From Azolla caroliniana (Eukaryota; Plantae; Polypodiophyta): DNA of 64,000 bases. Both the position numbers and the translations under genes were made by a program. This document shows, piece after piece, positions 21,609 to 34,626 of this stretch; position 1 is the stretch's first letter, and every line of letters begins with the position of its first letter. The notes below the pieces were generated by a model. It had not been told where the DNA came from and searched no databases. It was given only the letters and a program-made list of their open reading frames with translations. The stretch is taken from contig JBHGNT010000004.1 of assembly GCA_043228905.1 (NCBI GenBank), forward strand, positions 18,352,001 to 18,416,000. Reading direction: 5' to 3'.

Positions 21609-24034
21609 TTATGACAGAACCGAACGTTCTCAATAGTTGTCAAGTTTGTTCCTCAGTGGGGCCACCAAAACGTGTTGCGCAAGAATTTGCCTCTCAAAAC
21701 TCTAGCACAATACATCTAGAAACACACAAGGCACATCATCATAGGGCACCATAACAACATCTTTGAGTTTAAGAAAGACCACAAACACAAAAAGAGATGA
21801 ATGGGTATGACAAAGACAATCAATGAAGAAATATGAAAGGGGAGGATCTATATCAAGAGTTTATAATATTATATATATATATATATAAATAAATTCTCAC
21901 TACACCAAAGAGGGTTTACAATATTTTATGATAATCATTCATGTACAACAAATAGGAGATTGGAATTGACAAAGATATGTATCATAATCTATGAAAGGAG
22001 GAAAGGAGAATGAAAATAGAGTATTTATTAAGAAGACATATATAAAAACACACACTACATCAAGAGAGATATGCTATGGCTATACTATTCTCAAGGCTTT
22101 CACACTCATACTTATATACAATAGGGGCTTAATTGTTAGTTCTTGCATGTATCTTGCCACATGTCGCACATGTAACACTTCAACCACTTTCCTTTGCATG
22201 TAACCGATAGATCTTCTATTTTGGGTATGAAGACGCTTGATTCTATGCACGACCACTTCTAGACATTTGTAACACATCGAGCAAGCTTTCCCAAGAATGT
22301 TTATTTATTGAAATCCAATATTCCCTTGAAATATTACGACCAAAACATTGACTGCCTATTGTAAAGGCACTCTTTCATTATGTCACATCAATTCATCTTG
22401 ATTCTTCACATCTACCTTCGATTAAAGCATCCACCATCATGCCTAAAGTGTCATATAACTAGCTTGTGTCCATATTTTACTATCTTTCAACCACTTTGTT
22501 GAGCACAAGTATTTACAACACAACAACGTCAATTACCGGAGATTTCAAGACTTGCAAATGAAACAAGTTGTTTTTGGTTTGCTGAAGTTTAGTGGCCGGA
22601 AGGCCCAAGTATGTGAAGCCTGCCAACTCGGGAAGCAACACCGGCTTCCATTTCCTACCGAACAAAACTGTAGTTGTAACAAGCTCGACCTTATTCATTC
22701 GAACGTATGGGGACCGACACAAAACATGAGTCTTGGTGGGAGTCGATATTTCGTCTCCTTCATTAATGACTACATCAGGCACACATGGATCTACCTCATT
22801 GAGTGGAAGAGCAAAGTATTCGAGTGTTTCCGGAACCTCCAAAACTTGGTTGAACGGGAAACGGAGAGGAAGATCAAGTGCCTGCGGTCGTACATCGGAA
22901 AAGAATATTTTTCTGGCCAATTCAACAGTTATCTACAGCAAAAAGGAATTCAGAGAGAGTTAAGCTGCAGATACACAACGGAGAAAAATGGTGTGGCCGA
23001 GAGGAGGAACCGGTCGCTTATCGACGCGGCAAGGGAAATGCTAGAGGAGAAGAGCATGCCCGAGTTCTACTGGGTTGAGGAAGTCTGAACGGTCGTCTAT
23101 ATCCAAAACCGGATCGGTGACAATGTGTCCGCGCATGAGCTATATTTCGGGCGCAAGCCGAATTTGCGACGCCTTTGGATATTCGGTAGTGTTGCATATA
23201 TTCATGTGCCGGATGAGAAGCGGAGGAAGTTGGATGCAAAGTCGGAGAAATGCATCCTAGTCGATTACTCGCATGAGCAAACGGGGTATAAGTGTTATAA
23301 TCCCCGGACGAAGCAGGTCCGAGTTAGCCAGGATGTTGAGTTTGATGAGAAGGCATCATGGTATGCCTTACCAGCTCCAACTTTCGACCCCGCCCTGATA
23401 CTTGAGGATGAGGATAGTGAGCCTGAACCGGTCTAGATAGAAGACGAAGGGTTCGAAACTCCAAATGAGAGTTCGGAATCGTTTCAGTTGAGTGGACCGA
23501 ATGAGCGGTTGAATTGGGATGACCGGTCGGATGAGGAACCGGCGAGTAGTGGAGACTCTGTCGTGCTCTCCCCATGCAAGGAACCGAGGAGACGATTCAC
23601 GTGCAAAGAGAAGGGGAAGAAGAAGATGTCGGAATACGAAACCGGCAACATTGAGTCGGATCGGAGCGAATCTGACTCCGGAAAGGATGAAGGTGGATCT
23701 TCGGGAACGAAGTCCGAACCGGCCAAGAAGGGCCCCAAACCGGGTAACGATAAGCTACACTTGTCTTCCCGCCAGAAGAACCCAGTGAAGCAGTATCGAT
23801 ACAATGAGTACATGGCACATCACTATGCATACATGACCAAGGTGGCGGAAGTTCATGAGCCAGAGAGCTACGCAGAAGCAGCAAAGGACGCAAATTGGTG
23901 TGCTGTTATGGAGGAAGCAATGTGGGCACTTGATGCCAATGACACATGGGACCTAGTTAACCCTCCCCGACACTGTAAACCGATCGGATGTAAGTGGTTG
24001 TACAAGGTAAAGTACAATGCCGACGGTTCGGTGT

Positions 24035-24267
24035 GAGCATTGAAGTACGTGGTAGTTCTGTCAGTCCTCTAAGGACTTGTATAAATACTGCTATTGAGCA
24101 CGTTGTATGCACTGAGAACTATTGTTGTTTTGTAATAGAATTGTAACGTTCTGCATTTTTTCTCTGTCTCTCCCACGTATACTCTGTGTGTTAATCTCTC
24201 TCTCTCTCTCATTGTTGCTATCCGGCAAGGCTGGTTTGTCTGACGCTTCCGCACATAATCTTTTACA
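24035..24267 (+). repeat. Copia LTR 3' fragment replacing part of the RT
   Basis: GAGCATTGAAGTAC...CTTCCGCACATAATCTTTTACA matches LTRs at 29923-30308 and 6889-7308; RT jumps from YNADGSV to VYILLYVDD. Confidence 0.75.
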
Positions 24268-25261
24268 ATCAGGAAAGGTCCAGAAGGTCCGGTATATATC
24301 CTGCTATATGTGGACGATCTAGTCATCACCAGACTCGAACTCATTGAAATCGGTCGAGTGAAATCTGAACTATCGGAAGCATTCGATATGAAGGACCTAG
24401 GGAACCTTCATTACTTCCTCGGGATCGAGGGGATTCATACCCTCGACGGTATATGTTTATATCATCAGCATTATGTGTTGAATATGTTGTACAAGTTCGG
24501 CATGACGGATTGCCGACGAGTCTCCACACCCTTGGACCAGAACATGAAGCTTTGTCTTGAACCCATCCCGGCCTACAATGAGAGACGGTTCCACCAAATT
24601 GTCGGAAGCCTTATTTATTTAACGATCACCCGACCTGACATTAGCTATCTGGTTGAAGCGATCAATCAATTCCTGCAGAAGCTAAACCGTGGGGCACCTT
24701 CAGTGTGCACACCGAATATTGAGGTATGTTAGCGGCAGTAAGGACCGGGGACTGTTATACCAACATGGTATAATCAAAAAGCTAGTTGGATATACAGATG
24801 CGTCCAATCATCAGTCCACTTCCCGTTACATGTTCTCTCTAGGTAGCGTAGCTATTGAGTGGAGCAACAAAAAACAGCTAATAGTGGCTCTTTCAAGCAT
24901 TGAGGCTAAGTATCGGGGTGCTACTGTTGCCACCTGTGAAGCCATATGGCTTCGGTGGCTACTACAAGACCTCCGGATCGAAGTACCGACTTCGATCCCG
25001 ATCTACTATGACAACATGAGCAGCATGCACCTAGGTAAGAACCCTGTGTTCCATGCTCAGACAAAGCACATAGAAGTGCATTATCACTTTGTGCGTGAGT
25101 GGTTCCTCAACGGTGAAGTAGAACTCTAGTATGTCCGGATGGATCTACAGGTTGCCAACTTCTTCACCAAGGCCCTTAGAACCGACAGGTTGCAACATTT
25201 TTCGGAGATACTTAGTATTCAGCATCTCGATATGCTGCACTTGAGGGGGAAATAGAGGCAA

Positions 25262-28200
25262 AACAGAGAGAGAGAGAGAGAGCTTAAGACAGAGATAAAG
25301 GTATGTATATTACATTAACCAAAATACTTCCAATAGTAACTAAGTTACAAGGGGTTGGTTTAAATACCCACTAAACTAGGGAAACTGCCCTTTCTACTAT
25401 TTACAAAATTAGCCCGGTATGACCATAAGCTAGTGTGAAACCTATTGCTATCGGAAGTTGAGTTTGACTCTCAACACACCCCTTCGAACACAATTTCCAT
25501 TTGTCGAAAAGTTGTTTCGGTTCGGTCTTCGGAATCCAGCTTCCGGAGTTAGTAATCCTCGAACTAGATTGTTCGGCTTTTCAGCTTCGTGCTCGGTTCA
25601 ATTAACTACGTGTTGCATACTCACCTATCATTGCATGTTGCATACTCGATCAATTGTGTATAGTGCGCGTGCCATGCGCAGTACTCCCCCTCAAGCTCGG
25701 CAATGTGGATGTTGTGAGACCAAGATCCAATGTGAATTGCCCGAGCTTGTCGACTCCTAAGGCCTTCGTAAAAATATCAACAACCTGGAGGTGTGTATTG
25801 ATATGTAGTAGATCGATTTCTCCGGCCTGTACGCACTTGTGAATGAAGTGGTAGTGCACTTCGATATGCTTAGTTCGCACGTGAAATATGAGGTTTCGCG
25901 CCAAGTTGATGTTGCTCATGTTGTCGCAGTATAGGCGAATAAGATCTTTGATGGGTACGCCCAGATCCTTCAGAATACACTTGAGCCATACGGCTTCACA
26001 TGCGGCGACTGCCACGCCCCTCTATTTGGCTTCCGTACTCGACAGTGCGACTGTCGGCTGCTTCTTATTGCTCCAGGAGATCGTTCTACTACCAAGGCAG
26101 AAGACGAATCCGGATGTAGATCGTCTATCCACTTTGTATCCTGCCCAGTCCGCGTTTGTATATCCTTCGAGTTAAATGGTCGTATTTGATTGATACATAA
26201 TGTTTTAATCCATCATCGTACTGACACGATCGAGATGAAAGTTTCGCGGATTCTGCATGAATTGACTAAGTAGGCCAATCGAATAACTGAGGTTGGGTCG
26301 CATAATGGTGAGATAGATTAAGCTGTGTATCCTTTCGCAACGACCCATGCTTTAAAGAGATTTACGAAGCCATCGGCATTGTGTTTCACTTTGTAAATCC
26401 ATCGACAGCCAATCGCTTGCTTGTGCGGCGTGTGAGGAACGAGATCCCATGTCTCATTTTTTCATAACGCTTCCATTTTCTCATTCATCGCATCGACCCA
26501 TCACGGATCCTTTACAGCTTCAGAAAGCGTCTCTGGCTCCCGTACTGACGCTACCTTCATCATGAAGGCGTAATGGTACGCCATATAATCATTGTAGCCG
26601 AAACGGCTTACGGGGTTCTTTTCACGGGTCGATCGGCGGAGTTTCTCATTTACGGATAGTAAGGCTTTCTTCGCTCCATCTGTCCGGATGATTGGGATGG
26701 CCAGATCAACAAAACTCACTATCAAGGGAGTGAGTTGACGCGTTGTCGATTGGATCTTCGTATTCAGACATCTTGGCCTTCCCTTTGTTGAGTTTCGAAC
26801 TCGGTCGAAATGTGCTTTGGTCACTCAGGGGCTCCTGTGGTCCACTAAGCCATGTCGTAATCAAGCTTTCTTCGAACATACGTGTGAGCCGATCTTCATC
26901 TTCTATCTCCATTTTGGTGGATTCCGGGTCGAGCGGAGTTAGAGTTGAAGTTGTTTCTGGTACATACCAAGATGCAGACTCGTGAAAGACTACGTCTCGA
27001 CTTGTTCGAGCTTTTCAGGTAGATGGTTTGTAGCATTTGTACCCCTTCTATTCGAGTGGGTTTCCTACAAGGATACATTTCTCTTACTTCGGGTCGAGGT
27101 TTTGTCGTGTATCGTCGGGAATATGTACATAGGCGATAGAGCCCAAAATGCGGACATGTGATAAGTTTGGTTTCTTTCCAAAGAACTTCTCATGAGGAGT
27201 TATGTCGTGTACTCCTGAGATTGTGCACCTATTCATGAGGTATACGGCTATGTTTGCCTCTTCTACCCAATACGATTTCAGTAGGTTCTTCTCATTCATC
27301 ATAGCTCATGCGACTTCTACTATGTGCCGGTTTTTACGCTCAGCTACGCCGTTCTGCTGAGGTGTGTGACGACATGAGAATTCTCGTCGGATTCCTTCCT
27401 TCTGGAGATACACCGTAAACTCATCTGAAAAGTATTCTTTGCCTCCATCCGATCGAAGGCAACGTACGTGCCGACCCATAGTTTTTCGACTTCGGACTTG
27501 AACCTCTAGAAATGTTCGAACACTTCGCTCTTTTGTCTCATCAGGTAGATCCAGGTGTGCCTAGAGTAGTCGTTGATGAATGTGAGGTAATATCGGCATC
27601 CGTCAAGTGTGCTTATATGGTCTGGTCCCCATACATCTGAATGTACGACATCCAGGATCACTTTGCTTACATTCTGCTCTTTCGGGAATGGATGTCGGCA
27701 TTGCTTTCTGAACTGGCACGCTTCGCATACGCCCGTAATCTCCTTTGCGGTAAAGTTCGGGAGTCCGAGTATGACTCCTTTCGATTGCATGTTTTGAAGC
27801 TTTTGGAGATTGATGTGACCAATTCTCTTGTGCCACAAGTTTAGGTCGGTTTCGACTTTGTGGCCCTTTGCAAACATAGTTGATTTTACCTCGTTCAATT
27901 TGAGGACAAACATACGGCCTTCACGATGGCCGTGAGCTATGACTTGAACTCCTCTTTCGATAAAGCACCCATCATTGTTGAATCATACCTGCATTCCTTG
28001 TTCAATAATTTGGCCGAGCGAGACCAGATTTTTCGTGATGGTAGGGACATGCAACACGTTCTTGAGATAGGTTTGTTTGCCATTGTTTCTGAATGGGACG
28101 TTCCCAATATGTTGTATTAGATGAGTCGTGTCATCACCTGTCTTGACATATCCGGGTCGTTCGGGTTTTCGTAATTCCCGAAACCAATCTTCATGAGACG

Positions 28201-29745
28201 TCATGTGGTTGGGATGCTCCTGAGTTAACAAACCATACATTATTTGAGGCGTACGCGCTAGTTGAGGCATGTGCTAACATCGAGTGCACTTCGTGCCTGA
28301 TTACGAACATTCCGCCATGGTCGCCGTAGTCGGAATTCGTGGCGTAATTTGTAAACATTCCATTATGATCATTGTAATCTAAATTCGATGCGTAATTCGT
28401 GAACATTCCGCTATGATTGTCGTAGTTGGAATTCGATGCGTAGTTCGTGAACATTCCGCTAGTTGAAGTCGAGTCTCGTACCTTTTTCCGGCACTCCTCT
28501 TCATAGTGGTCGTGTTTTCCACAGTACCCACATTCGATTGGGGTATTATGATTGCTTGGTCCGGCGTGATGACTCCCCCTTCTGCCAAACTCTCTGGGAC
28601 CGTTCTTGTCCACTGGCCATTGGTGGGAGTTACGCTCTTGAGTCTGCCGACCATTACGGCCTTGTTCGAATCGACCTCTATTTCCACGGCCGAAATTTCT
28701 TTTATCATCCGACTAGGAGTAGAGCATATGACCCTCTAGTGCATTGCTCCTTTGTCGGGCGTGACTTTCCTCAACCAAAATATTGATTAGAGATCGAAAA
28801 ATGGAGGGTTCTCCCTTGCAAGGATGGCCGATCTAATCGAGCCAAATCGGGGTGCTAAGCCACCAAGGCATATTTGCACCATCTCGTCATCATCGATTAT
28901 GACATTAATCGAACTGAGGGCATCGCACAGCTCCTTGATCTTTAAGGTATAGCTTGTGATCGACATGTCCCTCTGTTGCATGTTGTTTAGCTCGTGTCGA
29001 AGTTGGAGCTTTCGTGCAATTGTGTTAGCCGCAAAAATCTTCTTGAGGTTTCCCCAAGCTTCTTTTGGTGTTTTCAAATCTCGAATATAGCCAAGCATGA
29101 TCATGAACGCATGATGCAATGCAATACAACACACGGCTTGTGACCTGCTCCCTAGCGGGATAGTCGACGTGTGTTGGGTTGGGTTGAGTTTCGCGAGCTC
29201 CTTCAATGTAGCTCCAGTAACCTTATCCGACAAGGTATTGATGCATCTTGTATTCCCAAGATGCGAAGTTTGTTCTACCAAGCTTCTCAGTAGGAAGAGC
29301 GCTTCCCATCTGATTGTTCATTATGTCGATTTCTTCTCTGTTGATGAGCCGGTTCTGTTGATCGTCGGTGTGTACCACAACACAATTGAATAGATTTGAT
29401 TAAACAACCACACACTCTGATACCATGTAAATAAGTGGAGTTGGTGGTGTTAATGCAGCAGAAGATATTTGAGTGTGTGTGTGTGTGTGTATGCGCATAA
29501 GGCAAAACTGAGAGAGACTGAGAGAGATTGAGAGAGAGAGAGAGAGAGAGAGAGCTTAAGACAGAGATAAAGGTATGTATATTACATTAACCAAAATACT
29601 TCCAACAGTAACTAAGTTACAAGGGGTTGGTTTAAATACCAACTAAACTAGGACAAGTGCCCTTTCTACTATTTACAAAACTAGCCTAGTGTGACCATAA
29701 GCTAGTGTGAAACCTATTACTTTGGGAAGTTGAGTTCGACCAACA
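25262..29745 (-). mobile_element. Ty1/copia family C element, degenerate, with 5' LTR 29426-29745, PBS-Met 29415-29425 and partial 3' LTR ~25262-25476
   Basis: Matching LTR segments at both ends (GAGAGCTTAAGACAGAGATAAAGGTATG...GGAAGTTGAGTT), gag/PR/IN/RT/RH fragments in the ORF track. Confidence 0.92.
28305..28460 (-). repeat. 48-bp (16-aa) tandem repeat in the gag-protease linker, ~3.25 units
   Basis: Units start at 28305, 28353, 28401, 28449; peptide SGMFTNYASNSNYDNH/SGMFTNYASNLDYNDH/NGMFTNYATNSDYGDH. Confidence 0.9.
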
Positions 29746-30696
29746 ATGAAGGATCTCAGATGGGAATTATGAGCAAACAAGCCGACCGAGAAGGTCGAGG
29801 TGCACGGGACCGGATGGGTCGTGGAAAGTGGAACTGGATGGGTGTAGGCCTGAAGAAGCTGACTACAAGGTTCGGCAGACACTAACTTAGCGATCTGGCC
29901 TCAAGTTGAGCTTGAGGGGGAGTGTTGAGCGAACAAGCTCAACTGGATCTGGATCGGTATCTAGAATGGAAAGATGGATCGGATTGTACCCGGGAGGCCA
30001 TTAGAGGCCTACAATCCTAGCCTAGTACGTAGGCATATTCCATGGAGTAAGTGACAGTCCCTGGTATGAGCATTGAAGTACTTGTTAGTACTTCTATCAA
30101 TCCTTTTAAGGACTTGTGTAAAAAGTGTTCTGTAGGACAATTGTGTGTACAGAGTATTATTTTTTTGAATTCAATTGATGTTATTTTGCTCTCTCTGTTT
30201 CTCCCATGTATTGTGTATTCTAAAGCTTCCATTAAACCTTCATTTCTTTTTTATTGTTGTTATTCGACTGAGCCGATTTATCTAAGCTTCCGCATATTAA
30301 CTTTTACAATTATAAAGTCAATTTTGGGACACAATGCATGGGCTTATTGGCAACATACATGTCATTACATAAACTTGGAACCTACCATGCATAATCTCAT
30401 CCTTCAAAGATGGCAATGAAATTGGTAATTGCCGACATGTCCCGATGAAAGGTGAAAATGCATATAGATGGCAAAAATATGTCTGAAATTGTACTTATTG
30501 CATGCTTTTGAATGAAATGAAATGAAAATAGAGTATAACAAAATATATTACAACGAGGGATGAAAATAAATGAAACCCTATATCTAAGAAACACGAGAAT
30601 GGCATGGCAATGTACTTAGAATGGAATAAGACTTGATGTATATCAAAAATATAAAATAAAATATCAATGATCTTGATTTCGAAAAAGGTAATAAAC

Positions 30697-31235
30697 ACTT
30701 CAAGACAAGTGAGGGTCACATCTACTTTATGATTAATTGATCATAGAAAGACAAAAACTATTAGCTAACAGAAGATATTGCACATATCACTCCTATCCCA
30801 TATTATATTTATACAATCTAAACCGAACTGTTTAAAATTTTTGAAAACTAAACCGAACCGAACCACGAAGCCATTAAAAATTTTCAAACCATTAAACTAC
30901 GAAAATTGTGATCTCGATTTCAGCTTAGGTAATAATTCAAATTTTAAAATTTAAAATATTAAAAAAGTAAAAAAAATAAAAATAAACAAAAAGCCGTTAA
31001 ACTGTTTAAACCACAGTTTCTAACTATTGAAACTAAACCAAACCGTTTAGAAAAACCTGTTTAAACCGTTATGCCACAGTTCGGTTTGGTTCAAACCGAA
31101 CCTTTGCCGACTATTAACTTCAAGACAAGTGAATGTCACATCTAATTTACGATTAATTAGACATGGGAAGAAAATAAGTTTGTTTGCAAACAATATTGCA
31201 TATATGTATACTCCTAACGCATATTACACTCATAC
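30697..31235. repeat. ~115-bp diverged direct repeat flanking an AAACCG(AA)-rich non-autonomous DNA-transposon fragment (~30818-31115)
   Basis: ACTTCAAGACAAGTGA..GTCACATCTA.TTTA.GATTAATT at ~30697 and ~31118; clustered AAACCG/AACCGAACC motifs typical of hAT-type subterminal repeats. Confidence 0.55.
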
Positions 31236-31484
31236 TTTGAACTTATATCGGCAAAAATTTCATATTTGTAAATTGTCACCATGAGTAAGACCTTTTTGTG
31301 TAATGCAATGGAAAGTATAACCTATAGTTTATATTTGTGATAGTTAAGCTCATTGCTTTTCGACGACAATAATAGGTTTGCCATTGGCATGCTTTTTGAC
31401 CTAAAATGTGTGTGTGTGCATGATGAGAAGGTAGCTTGATGAATGGTTACATTTGGGCATTAAGTTTTCTCATTCGCGAATCGC

Positions 31485-31755
31485 AATAACTTTGTGAAGT
31501 ATGTGGCACAAATTCATTCCTTTGCCCATATATGAAGTTATTGGGAGTAAGAGAACAACTTAATGCCACATGCAATAATTCAATTTGGCCTAATATGAAT
31601 GAGGACATATTGAATGAATGAAAATGGGCATCTCACTCCCAATAACTTTTTAAAGTATGTGGCACAAATTCAATCCTTTTGCCCATATGTAAAGTAATTG
31701 GGAGTGAGAGAACAACTTAATGCTCATTTACATTCATTCAATATGTCCTTGTTAA
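31485..31755. repeat. Mixed direct/inverted repeat (MITE-like remnant)
   Basis: ~80-bp direct repeat at ~31485 and ~31641; inverted pair GGACATATTGAATGAATG / CATTCATTCAATATGTCC. Confidence 0.55.
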
Positions 31756-34175
31756 TTCATCAACTACATTCTTAGTATATATACTTACAATGTAGGTTGA
31801 TGAATTAATGATAGATTGAAAAATTCCATATGGGCATTGAGTCACACAAATTCATTCCTTTGCCATGCATAAATAATAGGTTACTTAAAAGTGAGATCTT
31901 TAAGTGAACAACTAAAATTTAGAGTTACGTCAATTCATTAGGTCTTCATATTCATTTTCCGAGTGTCTTCCTTTACCTTTTGATAATGTTATTTTTCCTT
32001 GTTCTATTTTGGATGCCTTAAATTCGTAATTTGATTTAACGAAATAACCAGTGGTAATCAGTTTAGCAACTTACATTGCACACAATAAAAAATGCGAGAA
32101 TTAATCCAAACGAAGGTTGGGACACGAGAATCAATTCATGTAGATTGGGGATTTGTTTCATCCACGTGAGGTTTATCAATATTCTTGATCAAATACAAGA
32201 CAAAACTCTTTAGCACCTCTTGGGTTGTCACTCTCATTTAAACATAGCTATTTTACTAAGCACTAAAGAAGAGCTTTTTTGTTTTTATTAGTTCATTCTC
32301 TTTGTCTTTTGACTATGTAGAAGGAAAAGATCCCTTGTCTCGAAATTTACAAGCACATAAGAAAGACCAACCTGAAAATAAAACATGTCAAATATGCAGT
32401 CTAATGGTTAGTACATGTAAATGACATGCAATCCGTGCACAAAAACAAACACATTCCAAGATAGTAGTAAATGTAAATGGTTAATGAAAATAGTGTAGGC
32501 TTTTTACTGTGGCGCAACACGAGTATTCCATGATCCCATTCTATGAATCATGTTGAGCGTGGTCTCAACTTTAGTATCAACTCATGACAAAATGCTAACA
32601 CGTGTAAAGAGAAAGATGAAGATGTCGACATTTATTTTAAAGTAGCCTGTCACTTTTATAGCTTGAAATAACAAGTCTAGACTCTAGAGAGACCTCAACG
32701 ATAAAGTTAAACGAGAACTAAAAACAACGCATTAGAGTGCTTGTTGAAAAGACAATACATAGTTATTTTAGGTTGGGTAGGATTGCACGTCAACGATATG
32801 GGATAGAAGGATTCAAAAATAGAAGGGTGGTCTATTTACGATGTTGAACCCATGTATATTCCGTTGTATTCTCATTGTACGACAATAGAACCCTAACGCT
32901 ATTAAAGACCATCAAGGTGGTAGATGACATTAAGATGCAATATAGTATTATGCGGGTAGATCAAACCAACAACAAAGCCAAGGGAGTATCTTGAAAAGCA
33001 GGTGGGCATCAAGGCCCCTAAAGAAGAGATATATAACACGTATCATTGGGTGTCGCAAGAAAAGAAAAGAAGGGGATCCTATTCCTTCCTATTGAGCACT
33101 CCTTTTTCTTGAAGAAGTGGAGAGGGAGGTTGTCCCCCCATTGTAGGAGCGAAGAAAGCTAGTAATTTTCAGGCACGAAGGAAAGTCCATATACACACAA
33201 ACACACACAACGTTAGAAGGTTGGAGCAAGATTTGGACAAAAAGGTCACAATGATTAGTCTATGTCTAGGATGAGGTTTCATGGACGATCAACTTCTGCA
33301 TGAAGTCGGCGTTCATTAAGAGGAACGACCCATCCACATGTTTTTTGGACATTTGGACGGAACACACGTCCCTTTTTTTAGATTATGTATGTGTTGCTAT
33401 CATCGATTTCAATTTTCCGCATTCATGGGCCCTCCCTCACGAATACATACGAATATACATGTTAAAGTATTCGTTTTTCGGTTTATAAAAAATGCATGCG
33501 AATACATGGGAAAAAAGTCATTTTCAGTTTATAAAAAATGCATAGGAATACATGGAAAAAAAGTCCTGTTTATAAAAAACGCTAGAAGCTTCACCCTCCC
33601 TCCGCCTACATTATCCTGTTCATCAAACCCTAATTTCAGCCAAACCCTAATTCATCAATCATTAGTGAATTAATTAGTTATTAGTAATTTAATTCTTCTA
33701 TTAGTGAGTTAAATAATTTTTATTACGTAGATTTAAGACTAATGGTTTTATAATATTCCTGGGGCCATTGTTTATTTATTGTGGACTATGACGAATATGA
33801 CAGAATATGACGTTATGTGTCGTTCTTGTTTTGTTATTTTACATCCGCGCCTTTTTCCTTCTATGTCTTGTTATGTATTTACACACGTTCCTTTTGTACC
33901 TTCTATTTTTTCATATTATTTTAGTTTCGAGGTGAATATGGAGGCTAAAAAGTCTTGGGTAATGACTGATGTATGTATTTGGACAGGCCCCATTAAAAAA
34001 GCACATGGTTTTTAGGGGGTCTCAAATCCTTATCCATCCATCCATACATGTATATATACACAACTCACACACACACAATTCCTAGCTGGGTATCAATCAC
34101 TACACAAGAATTTGCATATATAACATTCCATTCCATTCCATTCCCTTTGTAATTTCATCCAATCTTTGGATAACA

Positions 34176-34574
34176 ATGGCTGAATTGATGATGGTGTCCA
34201 CTGCAGCCGGCGCCACCATGGGATGTAACATCGTCCGCGCCGGCTCCCGAACCCTCCTCCTCCGTAGTACACCATCCGTGCCGTGTCTCTCTTCGAACCC
34301 ACGGAATAATGGGCGCCAGCAACGCCGCCGCCGGAGGTCTCTCCCCGCGTGCCAAGCTTCTTCGACCCCGCTCGGCTCCTTCCTGAAGAAGACGCCGGCC
34401 ACGTCCACCCCCACGGTGGACGTGATCGCCACCATCCGTATCCTCAAAGAAGGATTGCTCGACGTGGCTGCCCACGCTGTTAGTGATCTCCTACTGCATC
34501 AAACCAAAGTGTATCTTGTGAGCATGGACTCCATTGATCCAGGCAAAGCAGCCCTCTCCTCTTCTATCCAAACA

Positions 34575-34626
<52 letters not shown>

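Larger units (their letters stand above)
22520..30308 (+). mobile_element. Degenerate copia family A element (IN-RT-RH 22520-25250; 3' region, PPT 29911-29922 and 3' LTR 29923-30308), split by a nested family C element
   Basis: ORFs 22552-25129 homologous to 7966-11320; 29746-29922 homologous to the extended 3' region at 7309-7600; CTTGAGGGGGAG|TGTTGAGC...TTTTACA. Confidence 0.85.
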
